The notes beneath the pieces were generated by a model. The model was not told where the DNA came from. It worked only from the letters and a program-made list of their open reading frames with translations, and searched no databases. The translations under genes were made by a program, and so were the position numbers. Shown here one piece after another: positions 59,814 to 64,000 of a stretch of DNA of 64,000 bases. Numbering within the stretch: position 1 is the first letter of the stretch; the number at the start of each line of letters is the position of its first letter. This stretch comes from Gammaproteobacteria bacterium. Its GTDB lineage: Bacteria; Pseudomonadota; Gammaproteobacteria; Ga0077536. The stretch covers positions 2,112,001 to 2,176,000 of the forward strand of contig CAXXLL010000002.1 of NCBI GenBank assembly GCA_963662545.2, given 5' to 3'.

Positions 59814-61197
59814 GAGTTATAACTGAATCTGGTGTTTGAGCGAATTGAATAAAGGCGGCGTATCTGGTTGAAATGTTGTTACCAAGCAGCAAGCCAACCA
59901 AAGAGGATACGCCACCATGAGAGAGTAACGTTGTTGAATTATCAGGTCGAGAAGGAATACCAGATCCGTTGACGGAGGTCTTGAGAAACGGTGCTCGTGC
60001 TCTGATTGAACGAGCGGTTGAAATCGAGCTGGCAGAATATATGGCGCAGTATTCAGGACATCGCACGGTGGACGACAAAGCAGGTGTGGTTCGCAACGGC
60101 TATTTGCCGGAACGCCAGTTGCAGACGGGCTTGGGGCCGGTGACGGTGAGGATCCCGAAGGTTCGTTCGAAGCTCGGCGAGCCGGTGACCTTCCGTTCAG
60201 CGCTGGTGCCGCCGTATGTGCGCAAGACAAGAACCTTGGAGGCGGCCGTGCCGTGGCTGTATTTGAAGGGCGTTTCCAGTGGCGAAATGGGCGCTGCGCT
60301 GGAAGTTTTGTTGGGGCCGCAGGCGAAGGGCCTGTCGGCGAGCACAGTGTCGCGCTTGAAGCAGGTGTGGGCGCAAGAATACCGCGACTGGTGCGAGGGG
60401 CGATTGGACCAAGACCGCTGGGTGTAGGTGTGGGCGGACGGTGTCTACAGTGGCCTGCGGGCGGAGCACACGAAGCTGTGTGCGTTGGTGGTGATCGGCG
60501 TCAATGAGCGAGGCGAGAAGCGTTTTTTGGCGATGGAGGATGGTGTGCGGGAGTCCACGCAGAGCTGGCGCGAGGTGTTGCTGAAATTGAAGTCACGCGG
60601 GATGAATATTCCCAAGCTGGCGATCGGGGACGGTGCCATGGGCTTCTGGGCCGCACTGGAGGAAGTCTACGGTGAGACCCGCCAGCAACGCTGCTGGATG
60701 CACAAGACGATGAACGTGCTGAACTGCCTACCGAAGTCAGCACAGGCCAAAGCCAAGCAAGCCCTGCACGCGATCTGGCAGGCCGCGACAAAGGCCGACG
60801 CCGAGAAGGCGTTCGAGCTGTTCCTCAAGACCTATGAACCGAAGTATCCCAAGGCGACCCTGTGCCTACAGAAAGACCGTGAGGAGTTGCTGGCGTTCTA
60901 TGATTTTCCGGCACCACATTGGCAAAGCATTCGCACGAGCAATCCGATTGAATCCACCTTCGCTACGATCCGGCACCGGACCCGGCGCTCCAAGGGCGGT
61001 CTCTCTCGGGACGGCATGCTCCATATGATGTTCAAGCTGGGGCGGTGTGCGCAGAAGAATTGGCGACGCCTACGTGGATTCGACTACCTGGCCAAGGTGA
61101 TTACTGGAGTTAAATTTGAAGATGGTATCGAGGTGACAAGGGTCAATCAGGTCGCCGCTTGATTCAACCGCCTGAACACCACTTTTGACAATAACTC
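59814..61197 (+). mobile_element. IS256-family insertion sequence
   Basis: TIRs GAGTTATAACTGAATCTGGTGTT / AACACCACTTTTGACAATAACTC; 9-bp target duplication CACGACCGA. Confidence 0.93.
59917..61162 (+). pseudogene. IS256 transposase, inactivated by a frameshift after the ATG and an in-frame TAG at 60425-60427
   Basis: RNGYLPER, WADGVY, IGDGAMGF, QRCWMHK, SNPIESTF; ATG 59917 is out of frame with ESNVVELSG. Confidence 0.88.
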
Positions 61198-61247
61198 CAC
61201 GACCGATCTGAACAGCCCGAGACACGAACGGTGAAGGGGAGGGACAC

Positions 61248-62198
61248 ATGGGCCTGCTGGTTAACGGTGAATGGCACGACCACTGGTACGACACCAAGGA
61301 GAACGACGGCCGCTTCGTCCGCGCTGACGCTCAATTTCGCAACTGGATAACCCCCGACGGCTCGCCCGGGCCCACCGGGCGGGGCGATTTTCCTGCCGAG
61401 GCCGGCCGCTACCATCTGTATATTGGACACGCCTGCCCGTGGGCACATCGAACGCTGATCTTCCGCCGCCTCAAGGAACTGGAAGACAAGATCTCACTGT
61501 CCGTCGTGCACTGGTATATGGGTGCAAACGGCTGGACCTTCGACCCCGGCGACGGCGTCATGCCAGACCCGGTCAACGACGCCCGTTACCTGTACGAAGT
61601 TTACGCGGCGGCCGCGCCGGATTTTTCGGGCCGGGTCACGATTCCTGTTTTGTGGGACAAGCGATCGGCCACTATCGTTAACAACGAATCGTCCGAAATC
61701 ATCAGAATGCTCAATTCCGCTTTTGACGGAATTGGCGCCGCGGAGGGCGACTTTTATCCCGATGACTTGCGCGATGACATCGACGCGATCAACGAACGCG
61801 TCTACCACACGGTAAATAACGGGGTATACCGCTGCGGATTCGCGACCTCTCAGGACGCCTATGACGAGGCGGTGATCGAGTTGTTTGGCACCCTCGACTG
61901 GCTCGAAGATTTGTTCGCTGATCGAACTTACTTATGTGGCGAGCGCCTGACCGAAGCGGACTGGCGCTTATTCACTACCTTGATTCGGTTCGACGCGGTC
62001 TACTACTCGCATTTCAAATGCAACCTGCGCCGAATCAAGGAATATCCTCGGTTGCACGCTTTAATGGTACGCCTTTACGAAATGCCGGGGATCGCCGAAA
62101 TCGTGCACATGGACCATATCAAGCGGCATTATTACGGCAGTCACACGAGCATTAATCCCACGGGAATCGTGCCGCGAGGTCCGCTCGAAATTCTTTGA
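61248..62198 (+). CDS. glutathionyl-hydroquinone reductase (omega/Xi-class GST, YqjG-like)
   Basis: ACPWAHR, VTIPVLWD, NNESSEII, NNGVYRCGFA, HIKRHYYGSH. Confidence 0.93.
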   Translation: MGLLVNGEWHDHWYDTKENDGRFVRADAQFRNWITPDGSPGPTGRGDFPAEAGRYHLYIGHACPWAHRTLIFRRLKELEDKISLSVVHWYMGANGWTFDPGDGVMPDPVNDARYLYEVYAAAAPDFSGRVTIPVLWDKRSATIVNNESSEIIRMLNSAFDGIGAAEGDFYPDDLRDDIDAINERVYHTVNNGVYRCGFATSQDAYDEAVIELFGTLDWLEDLFADRTYLCGERLTEADWRLFTTLIRFDAVYYSHFKCNLRRIKEYPRLHALMVRLYEMPGIAEIVHMDHIKRHYYGSHTSINPTGIVPRGPLEIL

Positions 62199-62214
62199 TC
62201 ACGGGGATATTTAA

Positions 62215-62245
62215 GCAACCTCTGAATAAATCATGGCACATCTGC
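62215..62245. repeat. 31-bp terminal fragment of MITE family A fused to a gene end
   Basis: TTAA followed by GCAACCTCTGAATAAATCATGGCACATCTGC. Confidence 0.75.
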
Positions 62246-62677
62246 GTGCAGACCCGGCCCCGCGGCATCGCTCGCCACGAGTAGATCTTTAGCCAAAAAT
62301 CCCACGAACATCGCCGCTACGAATATCACGACGTCCAGCGACCCGCTTGCCAGCGCGACCAGCGCCGGTCCAGGACAGAATCCCGCGAGGCCCCAGCCCA
62401 CGCCGAATAGGGAAGCGCCGGCAAGCAACTGAACGTCGATATTCCGGCGCGAGGGCATGTCGAAGCTTGCGCCGAGGAAAGGATGGGGCCGGGCCAGAAC
62501 GAACCGGTAACCGATAAATGTCACGGCGACGGCACCACCCATGACGAATGCCAGCGCCGGATCCCACGCGCCGAAAACATCCAGGAAACCGAGCACCTTG
62601 AGCGGCTGGGTCATGCCGGATATGCCGAGCCCGACCGCGAACAAGGCGCCGAGCGCAAGAAAACTCACTAAGCGCAT
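62231..62677 (-). CDS. YeeE/YedE-like sulfur transport membrane protein (PmpB-like half)
   Basis: GLGISGMTQP.KVLGFLD, WDPALAFVMGGA, GWGLAGFCPGPA. Confidence 0.9.
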   Translation of the reverse strand: MRLVSFLALGALFAVGLGISGMTQPLKVLGFLDVFGAWDPALAFVMGGAVAVTFIGYRFVLARPHPFLGASFDMPSRRNIDVQLLAGASLFGVGWGLAGFCPGPALVALASGSLDVVIFVAAMFVGFLAKDLLVASDAAGPGLHADVP

Positions 62678-63108
62678 TAGTTGCCCTCCAGCAGATGGCG
62701 CACAATGAAGACGGTCACCATCGCGACGAACATGAAAGTCATGGTAGCGGTGATAGAACGCCCGGACAGGCGCGACATGCCGCACACGCCATGTCCGCTG
62801 GTGCAGCCGCCGCCGAGACGCGTTCCGAAACCTACCGCAAGGCCGGCCGGGATCAGTAACAGCACATTGCCGCTCACCGCACCCGGCAAGGCCGATGGCA
62901 AAAACACCGCAATTGCGACGCCACCAGCGAGCATGCCGACGAGGAACAAAGCACGCGCCAGGCGATCGGTAGAAGTGGGGGCAATGAGGCCGGCCGCGAT
63001 GCCGCTGACGCCGAGAATGCGCCCGTTCAGGGCGAGCATTAATACCGCGGCGACCCCGATGAGCGCGCCGCCGAACAGCGCGGCGGGAATGGATCCAGGT
63101 TCGATCAT
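62677..63108 (-). CDS. YeeE/YedE-family sulfur transport membrane protein (PmpA-like half)
   Basis: [26 protein letters not shown]. Confidence 0.9.
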   Translation of the reverse strand: MIEPGSIPAALFGGALIGVAAVLMLALNGRILGVSGIAAGLIAPTSTDRLARALFLVGMLAGGVAIAVFLPSALPGAVSGNVLLLIPAGLAVGFGTRLGGGCTSGHGVCGMSRLSGRSITATMTFMFVAMVTVFIVRHLLEGN

Positions 63109-63138
63109 CGCTGTTTTCTCTCCCAATCTTCGATTTAG

Positions 63139-63300
63139 GAAACCTCTGAATAAGTTATGGTGCGGGTGTATTGTGGATGAATTCGTGCAGATCAAGGCAC
63201 CAATTGCAGGCCATAGCGGGGACTATTGGTAAGATTCGTAACGTAAGGCTCCGCAATTTCAGGCGCCAGGCAGGCGTGCCATAACTCATTCAGAGGTTCC
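63139..63300. mobile_element. 162-bp MITE family A, copy 6
   Basis: TIRs intact; TTAG duplicated on both sides. Confidence 0.9.
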
Positions 63301-64000
63301 TTAGGACACCTTGAGATGTGGCTCCGGCATCAGCCATGGCCAACGCCGCCCAGCGATCACGCCCTTCCAGTAGATCACAGGTAACACGTACTTCTTCAGC
63401 AGATACATGCTCAGGCGTTCCTTGGATTGATCGAACGGGAAGGTTTCCTTCGGATTTAGATCGTAGTCGAACTCCGCCAGGATCAGCCGTCCATATCCGG
63501 TGACCAACGGGCAAGAGGTGTAGCCGTCGTAAGCTGCCGTCAGTGGGCGGTCGTTCATGACAGATACCAGGTTTGGGATCAGCACTGGAAGCTGCGAACG
63601 GACCGCCGCGGCGGTTTTCGATGTCGGTAGACTGCTCGCGTCACCAAGGCTGAAAACATTGGGGTAACGGATATGCTGCAAGCTCGCTTTGTCGACGTCG
63701 ACGAAGCCGCCGTCGCTCGCAAGCGGGCTCGCGCCGATCACATCCGGCGCACTCATGGGCGGCGTGACGTGCAGCATGTCGTATTTTTCGGTACGACTTT
63801 CTCCGGACTTGGTGTTCTCGAACGTCGCCTCCTTGGCCCCCGCATCAACGGCTTTCAGATTCCAGGCAAACTGAACGTCGATATCGCGCTCGGCGCAGAT
63901 GGCGTTGAGCGCTGTGGCGTATTTCTTGACAGCAAAGATGCCGTCGGCCGCGCAACGATAGGCGACCTCGATCTGTTTGCGCACTCCGGTCCGGCGGAAA
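63301..64000 (-). CDS. sqr: sulfide:quinone oxidoreductase (type II-like), C-terminal part; runs off the window
   Basis: LHVTPPM, NVFSLGD, TSKTAAAV, YDGYTSCPLVTG, LAEFDY, ETFPFDQ. Confidence 0.9.
   Translation of the reverse strand, partial: FRRTGVRKQIEVAYRCAADGIFAVKKYATALNAICAERDIDVQFAWNLKAVDAGAKEATFENTKSGESRTEKYDMLHVTPPMSAPDVIGASPLASDGGFVDVDKASLQHIRYPNVFSLGDASSLPTSKTAAAVRSQLPVLIPNLVSVMNDRPLTAAYDGYTSCPLVTGYGRLILAEFDYDLNPKETFPFDQSKERLSMYLLKKYVLPVIYWKGVIAGRRWPWLMPEPHLKVS

Overview
GC-rich gammaproteobacterial chromosome segment. Positions 1-4760 hold the proximal end of an integron-type cassette array on the minus strand: 4 attC sites, an attI-like junction, no intI gene next to it, and IS481- and IS630-family insertions. 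The rest is mostly core genes: metH-asnS, an lptF-like/LAB_N/GT2 trio, pduO, thrH, gluQ-cysZ-queF, smc-zipA-ligA, a GGDEF gene, nadB, rpoE-rseA-rseB-mucD, lepA-lepB-rnc-era-recO-pdxJ-acpS-prfC, rne-rluC, yceD-rpmF-plsX-fabD-fabG-acpP-fabF-pabC-mltG-tmk-holB-pilZ-tatD, a dead IS256, a glutathionyl-hydroquinone reductase, and an sqr-yeeE/yedE sulfur cluster. The most unusual signal is intergenic. At least four families of non-autonomous inverted-repeat elements (MITEs) with YTAR target duplications are present. Some nest inside each other and carry smaller 47-70 bp inserts with CANGGAYG (CsrA/RsmA-type) hairpins on the transcribed strand. Other notable points: LigA lacks its C4 zinc finger, three genes carry in-frame TAG codons, HAD and maf genes survive only as remnants, a FleQ box plus sigma54 promoter precedes the GGDEF gene, and a C15 tract precedes lepA. 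All calls come from motif and synteny recognition by eye; no searches were run.
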